NCBI GenBank assembly: GCA_022813965.1 | Contig: JALDZS010000018.1 | Span: 62,001 to 126,000, forward strand | DNA: 64,000 bases | Reading direction: 5' to 3' | From: Toensbergia leucococca | Lineage: Eukaryota | Shown: in pieces, positions 38,073-50,456 of the stretch | How the letters are laid out: each line of letters begins with the position of its first letter | Numbering within the stretch: position 1 is the stretch's first letter | The notes under the pieces: model-generated | The model's database searches: none | What the model saw: the letters and a program-made list of their open reading frames with translations, nothing else | What the model was told of the DNA's origin: nothing | Made by a program: the position numbers and the translations under genes

Positions 38073-41000
38073 ATGAGTGTTCAAGCACGATGGAACAACC
38101 GCCCAAAACGCCCCCCTGGTCGCAAGCGGGACTTCACGCAAAAGCTTGCTTTTCAAGAATTGCCCGTTGAGACTCAAGAAGAGATTGTTCAACATGTAAG
38201 CCTGTGTTGCTTCGCTCCCCAAGCTCTCTCTGACAAAGCACGACTACAGCTCAACCGGAAGAATCTCTTTCTCCTCCTTAGGGTGTCGAAACACTTTCAC
38301 TCCCTTGCAAGCGCAGAAATATATCGTACTTTGAACTTTGAACTTAGGAAACAAGATACTCCGCATGGCGGCGATTCAAGCTCACGAATAGGGGATGCCT
38401 TACAAACCATCGTCACAAGTGAGCATGATTATGCCCAATATATTAGGAGCTTCCGAATTACTGTAACCGGAATGCATCCGCCCAATCTGTCGGGCCGCTT
38501 GCGATGGGGGATGGTGGCAGACTCAAGCAAACTTCTGAACACAGCTCTGCTTTTGATGCTAAGAAAAGCTAAGATCTTGGAGAACTTCCAGTAAGTCTGA
38601 CCTTACTTTGTCTTCATTAAGATGATATCAATCGACTAACATCGTTCTCAGATGTGACGCTCCTCTTGAGCTGAGTAGTGCTGTCTACCAAGCTCTGCAT
38701 AAAATCCAAAGCCTACGATCATTTCTAATCAGACTCGACATCCCGAAACTAATTAAACCACCGATAAGCACCAGCTCAACGGTGACTCCAGCAGTCCACA
38801 CTACAGGATTTCACCCCCCACCGCCACCACCTCACTCTTCCACGTCTCTTTCATCAGGAACCACTAAACCACATCTACGGGACATCAAGAAACAGAAAAC
38901 TGGTCGATACGACTATTGGGCAAATGGTCGGGCGTTTTCGGGTTTCAACAATCTCAGCAATCTCTCTGTCCTAGGTATCAATAATCTCGATTGCCTCACA
39001 GAGGTCGCCGAATGTCTCAAGGCGTCCTCTGCTAGCCTCAAATTGCTCGCTTTGTCCCTCTCTCCAGATCTCAGTCGTAAAGCGCACAAGCCTTCGATCA
39101 TAATTCCTACGGTGAACGATCCTTCTGATACTGAGGCTGACGAGGATGAGGATACTTGGGACGCCCCACCAAATCCTACGACAGCCACAGGGACCTTTAG
39201 TCCTCCCCAGGCCAATGAAGCTGACGTTCGCAAGGAGAAGCTCGCTCAAGAAGCTGTCCTCGCAAGAATATTTGATCTGCAAATGGTTTCCGAAAAAGGT
39301 AAAAAAGTGGACAAATATCTTGCCATGTCAGCTCCAGGTCCGGATATTCTGAATTCTACATTCACCCGCGATATAGATATTATACTGAAGAAATTGGTGG
39401 ACTATACTGATCCATCACCGGGAAAAGATAGGATCAAGGAGAACAAGCTGGCACTGGAAGAAATGCAGAGGGCAGCTGTTGACTATCTTAGGATCAGGTC
39501 TATAATGTTTCAAAAGAAAGAACCCAGTGCGGTCCATAAAGCATACAAGGAGCACATCGAGTCTAAGGCAAAGGGTCCGGAAGATTATTCAAGTTCTACA
39601 TCTCTTTCTAACCAAACTTATAACAAGTTATTCGGAGACAAATATGAGCACTTAGTGACGGCGGCGGCACTTGGGTTAGAGGCAAACACCTCACTCCCTT
39701 CAGATGCGTATATGTCTCCATACGTTCTGTCGCCAAATCAAACATCTAAGCCTCCGATGAATTTTCCTCCACACGCTCACAAAAGTCACAGTAGCATTGG
39801 CTTCGTGTCTACCAAAGATATGAACGATGTATATACGAAAATGACAGGTAACAACCTTGACGATCCACTTTTCTTAAGTATTCAAGAACCCATAGGCACT
39901 CCGCCTTCCAAGTCATCCACTAAGAAATCAATGACTCCAAAGATAGTCGACCCCGTCAAGGAAATGGATTTAGTCGATTCTGAGGATAACGTGGAACAGA
40001 GGCCACTATTCCACAAAATAGAGGCAAGCCGTGAAGACGAAGTTGCTCCTATGGATGTCGACATGGAGCATCCTGATGAAGACGTGACCGAGGCAAACGA
40101 GGATCAAGAGATCATGCCTGAAGTGTTCATGCCTGAAATAGTCATGCCCGAAGTGGTCAGGCCTGAAGTGATCGGGCCTGAAGTAGACGAAACGGAAAGC
40201 TCTACGCGGATTAGTAAGAGAGCCAGACGTGAAGTTTCTGGATACGCTAGCCCTTCAAATTCTGAAATCCTTCAACGTATCCATAGGATCGGCAAGGGTC
40301 GAGAAAGACAAGACCAAGCAATGCACCAGTACATTCTTGCGACGCATGGTCTACACATCGAGGAGTTGTCACTGCATCTGATCCCGCTTAAGGCATCTAT
40401 CTTAGCAAGAGCCCTCGACTTGAGTGTGTTAAGACGAATTACACTCCTGAGTGTGGGGTCCCAAGATGGTTTCTGGTGCATGCTTACAAAGTGGCAGCAA
40501 AGCTGCTCGGCCCCTATTCGTTTCGAGAGTATTCATACTGACAATGTCTCTCCGGCGCTCCTTGGATTTCTCGAGACCTTCGAAGGGCTTGAGGAACTCT
40601 TCTTGTTTGAGCGAGCAAGAAAAAGCGAGGCAGAGGCTCTATCGCCTAAGACATGCGTGATTGGGGCCAGTATACGCAAACAGGCTCTTCGGAAGCACCT
40701 CAAGACGCTGAAGCGATTGTCCATCATCAACGAAGAGGATGATACTTGGGACGCCGACGCAAGAATGGTGCGACTGTTGGCAGGCAGAGGAGGCGGCTTG
40801 CTTGAATTGAAGATCAACATCAGTGTTAAGGACTACGTAAGGCTATCATAGCTATTTTCGAGCTTTGCTAACGTTGCGTTCAGCACATACTGTTGCAAAC
40901 TTTGCCTGGGCTGAGCAGTCTCATCGCGCTGGACATTCCTGTCTTACGATCCGAGGACACTTGTCCATCGGTGATACGCGAGTGTCGTAAGTTCACTATT

Positions 41001-41300
41001 GACAACATCGCGCACTGCCGAGAGCTCAAGATAGAGTATCTCGCTATGAGCAACGTGTTAGTGAGGATTGCGCGCAAGCCGAAAAGCTTGCAAAGGTTGA
41101 CGTCGACAAAGGGGAAGGGCAAAGGAAAGGCGGCAGCGATAGACGTGGGCACTCCAGAGGATTTGTCAGTGGATTCGGACGAGGAAGTGAGTGACGGTGA
41201 GGTTCGATGGTTGGAGATGGCAATGGTGGAGGTTCTGGAATTCGAAGAGGTGGAGGGGGTGAGGATATTTGAAAAGACTGTCATATATGGGATACTGTGA
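38073..41300 (+). CDS. F-box protein with RNI/LRR-like regions and large low-complexity insert
   Basis: FQELPVETQEEIVQH|LNRKNLFLLLRVSKHFHSLASAEIYR is an F-box split by intron 38196-38249. LxxLxL-type repeats. Further introns near 38591-38651 and 40837-40883. Confidence 0.82.
40111..40185 (+). repeat. Coding 15-bp tandem repeat x5 (xxPEV/I)
   Basis: atcatgcctgaagtg ttcatgcctgaaata gtcatgcccgaagtg gtcaggcctgaagtg atcgggcctgaagta. Confidence 0.9.
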
Positions 41301-41920
41301 GGGGCGAGAAGAGAGATGAGAGCGAGAAACGAAAGCGAGAGACGAGAGCGAGAGACGAGAGCAAGAGACGTCGGCTCGACTGATGGATGGCATGACACTT
41401 ATGACAGTATGGACTTGCATATACCCCTTTAACGGCGATGGATCACCTAGGTAGATTGGTGGGTATGGATTCGAGAGTGGTGTTATTGATAGATATTCGC
41501 GTTAGCGATAGTCAGTCCAACAGCTTTATTGCTAGAGACGGTAGGTAGAGATATTCTTGTTAGACGTTACCCCGTAGTCTACTTTCCAGAGGCTCGCTGC
41601 AGTGAGCCCATCTCCTATTTTCAACGGCAAGTCATGAATTTTGGCTTCAATCCATCATCATTCTCAATTACACTTCAATTGCTTGTGGGACGGAGAGTTT
41701 GTTTCGCTGGCCAAGATGTTCTATGGTAGTGGTGAAGCTAGTTTCTGTCGAGCATGGAGAATAGTGTGAATTGCTTTTCTCGAGGTGGCAAGTTTGAATC
41801 CTGATATCTGCCTCATAATTTCTTCTTTTTTGACTTTTTGATGAGTGTCTTCACTACAGTAGCTTCAGGTGAATTAATTTAGATTTCACAGAGTACGGTC
41901 AGAAGAAAAGGGAAAAGGGG

Positions 41921-42197
41921 GATAAATCAGGTGAGAAACAGGCTAAAAGTATTATATTTTAGCGTCACTCCGTCTTCTTCACGGTTTTCTACAGTGGAGT
42001 AGAACATTTTCAGCAAGTCAAAGACAGTAAGATACTTGGGGATTGTGAAATCAAGTTGATGTGATTAAATCAAATCATTTCAACCTTGACTTTCAGACCA
42101 AAATTGAGAGAGGTGGTTTTTGACTTCTGTCAAGTTTCCTACTTGGATCTGGAATGGAGGAGTGAGGCCTGTCACGCTTTCTACCTCGATATTTATC
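41921..42197. repeat. Degenerate long inverted repeat (old foldback/MITE relic)
   Basis: Nested inverted matches centred near 42065: gataaatcaggtgagaaa/tttctacctcgatatttatc, cactcc/ggagtg, aagtcaaa/tttgactt and tcaagttga/tcaaccttga. Confidence 0.5.
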
Positions 42198-43277
42198 GTT
42201 ATGTTGGAAAACTGAGCGTCTAGTAAGGCACCTTAGAAGATTCCCGGGCACCTCTATTCCTTCTCAGCACCTTTACAGCGTAGAAGGACAGTGGACCTTC
42301 TCGAACATCCGCGTTACAAAAGGTATTCTTTGAATCAGGTGTAGATGACTACCCCAGTCTATAAGAGCCAGGAATCTTGGCTGGTAAGCAGATTTGCATT
42401 TTCTTCGTTTTGAAGAGTTCTTCTTAGAATGTATGCGCCATCCTCAGAATTCTACCTCCAGCAAGTCTTGAGGGGTCATTTCTTGACTTCTCCTTGGTCA
42501 TGCGAAAAGTTACATGAGCTCTCTATTAGATCATGTCTATGATTAATTTCGTTCATCGATTGCTGCCAAACATTTTGCCCGATCTCAAGACTATATGATC
42601 ATGGAGAGGCGGTAGCGATATTCGTGATTGGCCCAGAGAGTACAAATGGTACTCGTACACAGTGAACACATGTGTAATGTCATGTCCATTTACTCAATCA
42701 TTCATGCACGCCAGAAAAGGACGCGAAAACCGGCCAAGAGCTGTTCACCGATGAAATGGCCGTGAAGTGTAGCTTGGAGTCAGTTGTCGAATTGGTCAGT
42801 GATTCATTCTGTCGACTTTTCATCGGCCCACCGCTTCACAGAATGCTACTAGCTGATGGAAAGCAGTAGAAGTGTCGAGGCCGAGAAGCCTATCGACTTC
42901 TTTCTTCCACAACAAAATCTTACATACAAACAAATCTACAAATCAGTAAATCAGCATAGCAGCAAATCAACAAATCAACGAGTCTTCTTGCAGACAAACA
43001 AACCATCTAGCAAGATCTTCAGTGAACCAACAGGAAAGCAAATAGTAAGTGCTGGCGTCTATCTAGGCCGTCATAGGTAAGAACCGCTGATGTATGAGGT
43101 AGCAAATTACAGTAAATGTCCCAGAGGACTGAGGAAGGCCCAGTACCCTCCCGCAAATTATATCGGCTTTCTACACAACAGAGGACTTGGGACATGATGA
43201 ACCGATTCTATCCTTGGATTCTATGGATATCCATGTGCACAATCGCCTTCATCTTCAACCCTCTTTCATATTCCACG

Positions 43278-44954
43278 ATGAGTAGCAGCACTCTCACAGA
43301 CAACGGTCTCGCTTTCGCTGTTGTCCTTTGCACAGTACTCATTGCTTCGAGTCATATTCTAAGCCGGCACTTGGCAATCACTGATGGCTATCAGAGGTAT
43401 CAGCTCTCGGTCATGGGGCCTTGGGCAAAGCGGACAAGACTGAGGTGGCGATGGAGTCAGCTTCGCTTTGAAACATTTGTTACAACCCCGGAAATCCTCC
43501 TCACCGCCTTCCAGGTCAGTCGAAATCATCAAAGATTCGCCGTGGACTCCAACGACGATAAAATCGAGTGCATCTCGGGGTCACCAGTATCACGCAGAAA
43601 CACCATGGCACCTGCGGCATATACAGGGAACAAGAGTGGTAAATTGGTGTGTTGGCTCCCGTTTCTGGACAGCCTTCATAGGAATGAGCGGGAGTTACAA
43701 GGATACCGATGCTACAATGAGCAATCATGCTACGATAAATCAACTAACGAGCAGCAACTGGTTGGCCCAGCAATTCAGTTCCACGAGATATCGTGGGACT
43801 TCATGTCTCCAGACATCGCGCGGCCCTTCGCAATCACGAATATCTGCGATATTGCAGTCATGATTCGACGGCTCGGTATGTCATGGAAGGCATTCCGACC
43901 AGAGGACGGAGTCATAACAGCCGAGGGCAATGGGCACATCATCTCTTCTACCTTGTCAAGGTCCATTGGCATTATTCTGCAATACATGCACACTTATCCA
44001 AAACCCGGGTATTCCAATGGAAAGGAACTCTCCAAGGCAGAGATGTACATTCCAACGCGCGAAGCTGACATGATGGGCTTCGGTATTCTTCCTGGTTGCA
44101 GCGACCTCAAAGTGCCGTCTTTCAAGATCGGAACGAGAGAAGAGGTTTTCTCAACCATGGACATTCTAGATCGAAGCCGCAAGTCCAGCACGAAATTGAA
44201 AGACATCCGAATTCTTCTTTTGGGAAAGTGGGACGCTCATTGCACCTATGGCTTTTCGGACATCATTCCTCTCGCAGCACCTATGCTACGTATGAAGCAC
44301 AGCACCATCATTCAAGTCCCATTTCCAACAGAATATTGCACAGGCCTCCTACGCCGCCAGGAAGGCTTCGTGATTTTCCGCGACCGACTTGAGGAACACT
44401 TCAGCAGCATGAAAGAAACCTCCCAACAGATCAAGTGGATTCTCCAGCAGTATGATATCCTCAACGCGCGCTACCCCGAATGGGAGAACGATCTCAAAGC
44501 CAGCGACCAGATCAACGACTGCAATATTGACTTTCTAGATGACGTCCATGCTTGCTGGGACACGACAACGGCGTACTTTGTCCGCATCGAAGGAACCCAC
44601 CAATTGCACTACTACGACCTCATGGCGACGCACATCTCCCACGCCATCAATTACTGGGCCGACAGCTGGAGCCATATCCGCAGCGGCAATGTCCACGACA
44701 GCTATGGCATGGATGGATTGATGACTGAAGGCATGCATATCTATTTCGACTACTTGCCTAGCATCGTTGCTAAGATGCGAAGGAGGGGCTTTGAGGGCGA
44801 TGAGGAGCTTGTGAGGGAGGCGTGGTTTGTGATGATGTTTAGGGGGTTTTGTTGGTGGAGGTGCCATTTTATGAGGAGTGGGGAGGCTGCGGTTGAGGGG
44901 ATGATTCTGCCGTCGAGGTATTGGGGATGTAGGTTGCCGGTGTATATTGGGTAG
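43278..44954 (+). CDS. Modin-like protein (Podospora mod-A related family)
   Basis: N-terminal hydrophobic segment, then DGYQRYQLSVMGPWAKRTRLRWRWSQLRFETFVTTPEI. Also SWDFMSPDIARPFAIT and C-terminal EAWFVMMFRGFCWWRCH. The in-frame upstream ATG at 43116 is an alternative start. Family assignment is from memory of the motifs. Confidence 0.7.
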   Translation: MSSSTLTDNGLAFAVVLCTVLIASSHILSRHLAITDGYQRYQLSVMGPWAKRTRLRWRWSQLRFETFVTTPEILLTAFQVSRNHQRFAVDSNDDKIECISGSPVSRRNTMAPAAYTGNKSGKLVCWLPFLDSLHRNERELQGYRCYNEQSCYDKSTNEQQLVGPAIQFHEISWDFMSPDIARPFAITNICDIAVMIRRLGMSWKAFRPEDGVITAEGNGHIISSTLSRSIGIILQYMHTYPKPGYSNGKELSKAEMYIPTREADMMGFGILPGCSDLKVPSFKIGTREEVFSTMDILDRSRKSSTKLKDIRILLLGKWDAHCTYGFSDIIPLAAPMLRMKHSTIIQVPFPTEYCTGLLRRQEGFVIFRDRLEEHFSSMKETSQQIKWILQQYDILNARYPEWENDLKASDQINDCNIDFLDDVHACWDTTTAYFVRIEGTHQLHYYDLMATHISHAINYWADSWSHIRSGNVHDSYGMDGLMTEGMHIYFDYLPSIVAKMRRRGFEGDEELVREAWFVMMFRGFCWWRCHFMRSGEAAVEGMILPSRYWGCRLPVYIG

Positions 44955-45261
44955 GTTTTGGGCGCTTTGTGATGGTTTGGTGTGAGGTAGCATGATTGTT
45001 TTCGAGAGATTCGGATCAGGGGGGGGAAAGAGGGGCGTGCATCTCAGGTTGTTTGGCGTTGGTTTGATGATGGAGTGAGTGAGTGTCTGATGATGGCGAC
45101 TGTTATCTTATTTCTAGTATTTCAGAATGAAGACTGTACTATTGACATGAATGTCTCTCTTGGTTTTTTCTCTTGGCTCTGCTTGACTACCTACTGTGAT
45201 ATTAGATAATAGACAGCTAATGTGAAATGGCTGAATTGTGGAAGAATTGCAACACAGGACG

Positions 45262-45813
45262 GACAGCAAAGAATTATCAAAACAGTCTATCTACATCAAG
45301 ATCACAGCTAAAGATCTACACTCACCAAAATACCTAGCTAAAACTACATAAGCAAACATAACCTCAGCCCTATATTTTCACTCAGTGAGTGAGAAAGAAG
45401 TAAAATAAGGTAAATTTTCTTTCCTTGACTATATTCTGAAATACTTGTTTCATCTTTGTGTTTACTTTTTTACCCCCCTTGAGATTGATCATATGTTAGT
45501 AAGAATATAAGATTATTAGAGCAAGTGAAAGTCTAGATGTTCTCTTTTGAGAGTCTGTCTGAGGTTTTCTGATGTTTGTGTGTCTAGTGTTTAGTCTTAG
45601 TATGAATATTGTGTGATTTACTGAAAGTTATTATGAGGGAAAGGGATTCTTTTTTGAGAGAGAGTAAGGAGGGAAGTTTTGCAGGTAGATCATGATGAGT
45701 TTTATAATGCATGTGATGAACTTAGCTTCTTACTCAGCAGTCTATGCCTGAGATTTTGTAGTCATGATAAAGAAGATTTTTGTTTCTATGAGATGAAAGG
45801 AGAATAATCTTTG
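45262..45813. repeat. AT-rich, CpG-free tract; probable mutated transposon relic
   Basis: No CG dinucleotide found by eye in ~550 bp. Weak inverted symmetry around ~45460. Confidence 0.5.
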
Positions 45814-45984
45814 CGTTTTCAATGCAGTTTACGTTTTGACAAGATGAATGAATTTTCTAAGAGCCACGTAGATTACGCAAAGCAAAGATCTAGCGATCCG
45901 CTGTGTGTCAGAGCATGGTAAATGAAAGAAGGGGGGAACGTATCTCTAAACTTCAATATACGGACCTTGAACAAAACAATCAGT

Positions 45985-48119
45985 CTATGGGGTATTATTC
46001 CCGCCGAATTCAATGATGATCCTTCCCTCAAGTCTGTACATGCTAGTCAGCTGGGACGCTCCCGATGATACCAGGTTTTACGTACTTTGGAGCAATTCCC
46101 TTTGTCCAGTGAGGCAAGAATTCTTCTTCGTCGTCATCGACCATGCTGATAAATTCATGTTTGATCCCAGCCAATCTCATCCACTTTCGGGTCACGGTCC
46201 GTATGATATGTCTATCTATCTCCGCGTCCCTCTCACCGGGCGATAACGTCGGAGCATGATCCTCATCGTCATCAGTGTCCGAATCAACCATTTCTCCATT
46301 GATGTTCTTCATATTGCCGTTTTGACGATGCTTGTGGCTGTCGTGCTTTTTTGATTCGGTGCTTTTTCCGAAGCTCGGGTCTCTGATACTTCCACCCTCC
46401 TTCATACCCTGATGAACGCCATCCCAATGATTATGCAATGCTGATCCCCACCTACGCCATCTACCAAATACTTTTAAGCTCATGGCGTATTGACGAAGTA
46501 TCATACTAATAAGCATCCCATTCTCTTCGGATACGATTTCTTCCACGTCACCTCCTTCAGACTTTACAAGCAAACAATCGAATCCGTCCTTGCCTCTTCC
46601 CATGTAACCCCTTGTTGCAAGCGTATACATCTTCTCAGTATTCAACGGTAACTCTCCAATTTCTGCCCAGAGAATTCGGTTCCCTGACTCTCTCGTAGCA
46701 TTAAACCCGAATCTCATTCCACCAACCTGAGGAAATCTTCCTTCGAGTGCGGGTAATAGAGAGACCCCATTTTCCAAAGCATCCCAGATCTGTTTCCCGG
46801 TGACCTTGATGACAATGACAGGATCCTCGAACGGGAAGCAATTTAGCACATCTTTCAATCTCAGTACCCCGGGCGGATATATTTGATCACCTCGGATGGT
46901 TCCACCGGCCATGATCGCACAATCCGCACCATAGTGAAACCGCATCAAATCACAAACGAAGTTACCGAGGTTACTTTCGCGTGTGCGGACAGTGGTAAAG
47001 CGTGCATCGAGAGGGACAGCATTATAGCCAACAGGTTTCTCGAGCTTCGATTTGAGACTTGATGTGAGCTTCCCGATAAGCTGAACCGTGGTAGGATCTT
47101 CCTCAATGTCACGAACAATATCCCGACGAGTGACGTCCATATCCCATCCAGGATTCCCACTATCCTGGCTTCGACGAACCTCAATATAGCTCAATTGCTT
47201 GAAATCAGTACCGGATCGAAGGATGTGAGTTTTTTTAACTAAATGATGCGCATAGAAGTGATCATGGCCACCAAGGATGAGGTCAATAAGACCAGGCGGG
47301 GTGTTTTGGGCCAGCTTGAGATCATTAGGTTCACGCATGTGAGTGAGAGCAATGATGATTGAACAGCCCTGTGATCGTAGAGATGGTATGAGCTCCTTTG
47401 CAGTAGCAGTGGCAGATTTGTAGATTAGATTTGGAGGAAGCGAATTGATAGTGACGAGCCTGCAGCATTGATGAATTAGAAGTTATCAAAGAATTGGTAT
47501 GAGCAAATATGCCGACCATTCTCGCTCCGCAAGACCGATAATTCCAACCTTCAATCCATTTGAGGATGTCAGGATCGCTGTCTTCGGACAGTTTCCCAAG
47601 GAGATGCCTTCCCCAAGGGCTGGATCCAGCACGTTAGCCAGCAACCATGGAAAATTGCATTGATCTCTTAGGTGGCGGAATTGTGGAACTCCAAAGTCAA
47701 GATCATGATTCTAATTGCCATTAGTAAAGCATAGTAGACTGAATGATATCGCGAACATACTCACGCCCACGCAAGCCACATCCACGCCTGTGCCGTTCAG
47801 GACCGGTACCATGTGCCGTCCCTTCGTGACAGAACTTTCTAGACTTGGATTGAATGCATCGCCGCTGAAAAAGGTGAGGAGATTAGGTTGGCCGTGGTAT
47901 TGTGGGGCATGGCGGTAGTGATTGATCAACGTCTGAAAACGGGTTATGCCTCCGACAGGTTCTGCAGAACCTGCTCTAGAAATCTAATGTTAGTCGATGC
48001 AAGATCTACTATGCTAAGGAAGAAGCGAACTCTACGTGATAGACGTCGTTGTAGTGTAGGAGGCGTAGGGTCGGCGGATCAGTGCGATGGGAGGTAAAGA
48101 TCACTGATTCAGTCTCCAT
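45985..48119 (-). CDS. 5'-nucleotidase (metallophosphoesterase + 5_nucleotid_C)
   Basis: RLLHYNDVYH, FSGDAFNPS, GNHDLDFG, LTHM, ILGGHDH and RESNLGNFVCD motifs. Four introns. Last exon LEGRIIIEFGGNNTP*. No signal peptide seen. Confidence 0.93.
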
Positions 48120-48502
48120 TTCAGCCACAGGTAGCTTCTTTGATAGTGAGGTGAAAACTTGTAGAGACTCGAATGAGCTCTTTCATCATGTGAGGGATCT
48201 AATAGCTAAATTCGCAATGTTGTATTTCCACGAGTACCTAGCATTGACATGCAGCGATCGTCGTCATTGGAGCATTTCCCAAACCAACGCTACGCCTGGC
48301 CTAGAATATCCGTAAGCGAGCCATGCCCTTACTTATGAGGAGGGAGACAAGCTCCTTGAATCTCATTTCGACTCTACGGAGTACCGAGTACAGATATTCC
48401 TTCCCCCGTCCAAGGGCTTCAAGCAATTCATTTTCTCACCTCACGCCGCCCTCTACGCCCCCTCTCACGCCTCCACCTCCCTCCCCACATTCCCCCGACA
48501 AC

Positions 48503-49716
48503 ATGAAATTCTCCAGCTTCCTTCCCGTACTCCTCCTCCCGCTCCTGACAAGTCAATCCCACACCTCCAATTGGGCCGTCCTAGTCTCCACCTCGCGCTT
48601 CTGGTTCAACTACCGCCATCTCGCCAACGTCCTCTCCCTCTACCGTACCGTAAAACGTCTCGGCATCCCAGACTCACAAATTATCCTCATGCTCCCAGAC
48701 GACATGGCCTGCAACCCACGCAACGCCTTCCCAGGTACCGTCTACAATAACGCCGACCGCGCCTTGGATCTATATGGAGATAACATCGAGGTAGATTACA
48801 GGGGCTATGAGGTTACCGTGGAGAATTTCATACGGCTGTTGACGGATCGCTTGGGCGAGGATGTTCCTAGGGGTAAGCGCCTAGGCAGTGATGCGGGGAG
48901 TAATGTGTTGGTGTACATGACCGGGCATGGCGGGAAGGAGTTTTTGAAGTTTCAGGATAGCGAGGAGATTGGGAGCTGGGATCTAGCAGATGCATTTGAG
49001 CAGATGTGGGAGAAAAAGCGGTATACCCTCACGTGCCAAACTTACGAAAACCGCTCACGTCGACCGCTAATAACCCCACCAGCTACAACGAAATGCTCTT
49101 CATGATCGACACCTGCCAAGCCAACACCATGTACTCCCGCTTCTACTCCCCCAACATAATCGCCACCGGCTCCTCCGCCATCGACCAATCCTCCTACTCC
49201 CACCACGCCGACAACGACGTCGGCGTCGCCGTCATCGACCGCTACACCTACTACAACCTCGACTTCCTCGAAACCCAAGTCACCTCCCCAACCAGCAAGC
49301 TCACCCTCGGCAACCTCTTCGACAGCTACGACGAAAGCAAAATCCACAGCGACCCGGGCGTACGATGGGACCTGTTCGCCGGGGGCGAAGAGAGGGGCCG
49401 GGAAAGACTGGTGATGGATTTCTTCGGGAACGTGCAAGGAGTCGAGATTGAGGGCGCCGGCGCCGGTGGAGACGCCGAATGGCGAGAAGATCTGAAAAGA
49501 TTACGTGAGATCATCCGGAAAAGAAAAAACGACACCCTCACCCATCCCACTTCCCCACCTACAGCCCCTATGCCCTCCTACCCAACCTCAACCCACCACG
49601 GCGCCGCAAAAGTCGATTCAGTCCTCGGCTGGAGTCAGCACGTCACGGGCGTCTGGGCCCTGCTCGGATGCGCCATAGTCTGGGGCGGGGCGTCGTGGTT
49701 GGAGTCGTCGCGATGA
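48503..49716 (+). CDS. GPI8: GPI-anchor transamidase catalytic subunit (peptidase C13)
   Basis: Signal peptide, [20 protein letters not shown], catalytic TGHGG and IDTCQA, C-terminal TM. Intron 49021-49082. Confidence 0.97.
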
Positions 49717-50456
49717 CGGGTGAGATGAGCGAGGCACGGAGATACGCCAGTCGGTCCTGGGACGGAGACCAAGTCCTGCGACGAAAGCCAGCCCTGTGAC
49801 GAAACAACCGGGCCCACTGAGAAGCTTACGACTTCACTGCTAATAGTGCGAGGGACCGGGAGGGGCTTTTGTTGAGCGCTACGAGCGGGCAGTGAGAAGA
49901 GAGGGATATGCCTAGATTATTGAAACAGCACAGGTTAATCGCACTCAAGCGACAGTAAGCAGAAGAAAGGAGGCCGTCAGGAAGACGGTTCCACGAGAAA
50001 GCCCGCAAAAAGAAATGGATGATGGTCATAAGCAGAATCACCTCGAGCGCAAGGGCGGGTCATCTGGTTTTGAAGGGGTAGCTACCTACCTTGTGCTATC
50101 CGCTAGGACTCGAGAAAAGCTTTGAGTACTGGGGGTCGATCAACAGCCCCAAACAACCCTAGTCTGAATTACCACAAACCGAGCATCCTATCCCCTTCCC
50201 AAAAATCATCGCTAATCATTACCCCCAAACGTTAAAGTGACGGCAGCACAACGACAAAGAACCGAGCAGAGAAACCCGAAAGGTGAGAAAAAGAGAGGAG
50301 AGTATCCATATCCACATCCACATACATCCTCATCCAATTCCCCTCACACGCACCCCAAACGCCAGCGCTAAAGAAAGGGCATCCCAAAAACCAGAGCCCA
50401 ATTTTTATTCCCAAGAAATTGAAAACTCCCATTCCCAGAATTCCACAAAGATTCAT

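Noticed and set aside
41310..41370. GAGAC/GAGAGC degenerate repeat after the F-box stop
   Set aside because: Ordinary 3' UTR microsatellite-like tract.
5821..48119. Purine-utilisation cluster (MFS, uaY, 5'-nucleotidase)
   Set aside because: The nucleotidase is ~35 kb away with many unrelated genes between, and I saw no TCGG-N6-CCGA in its promoter.
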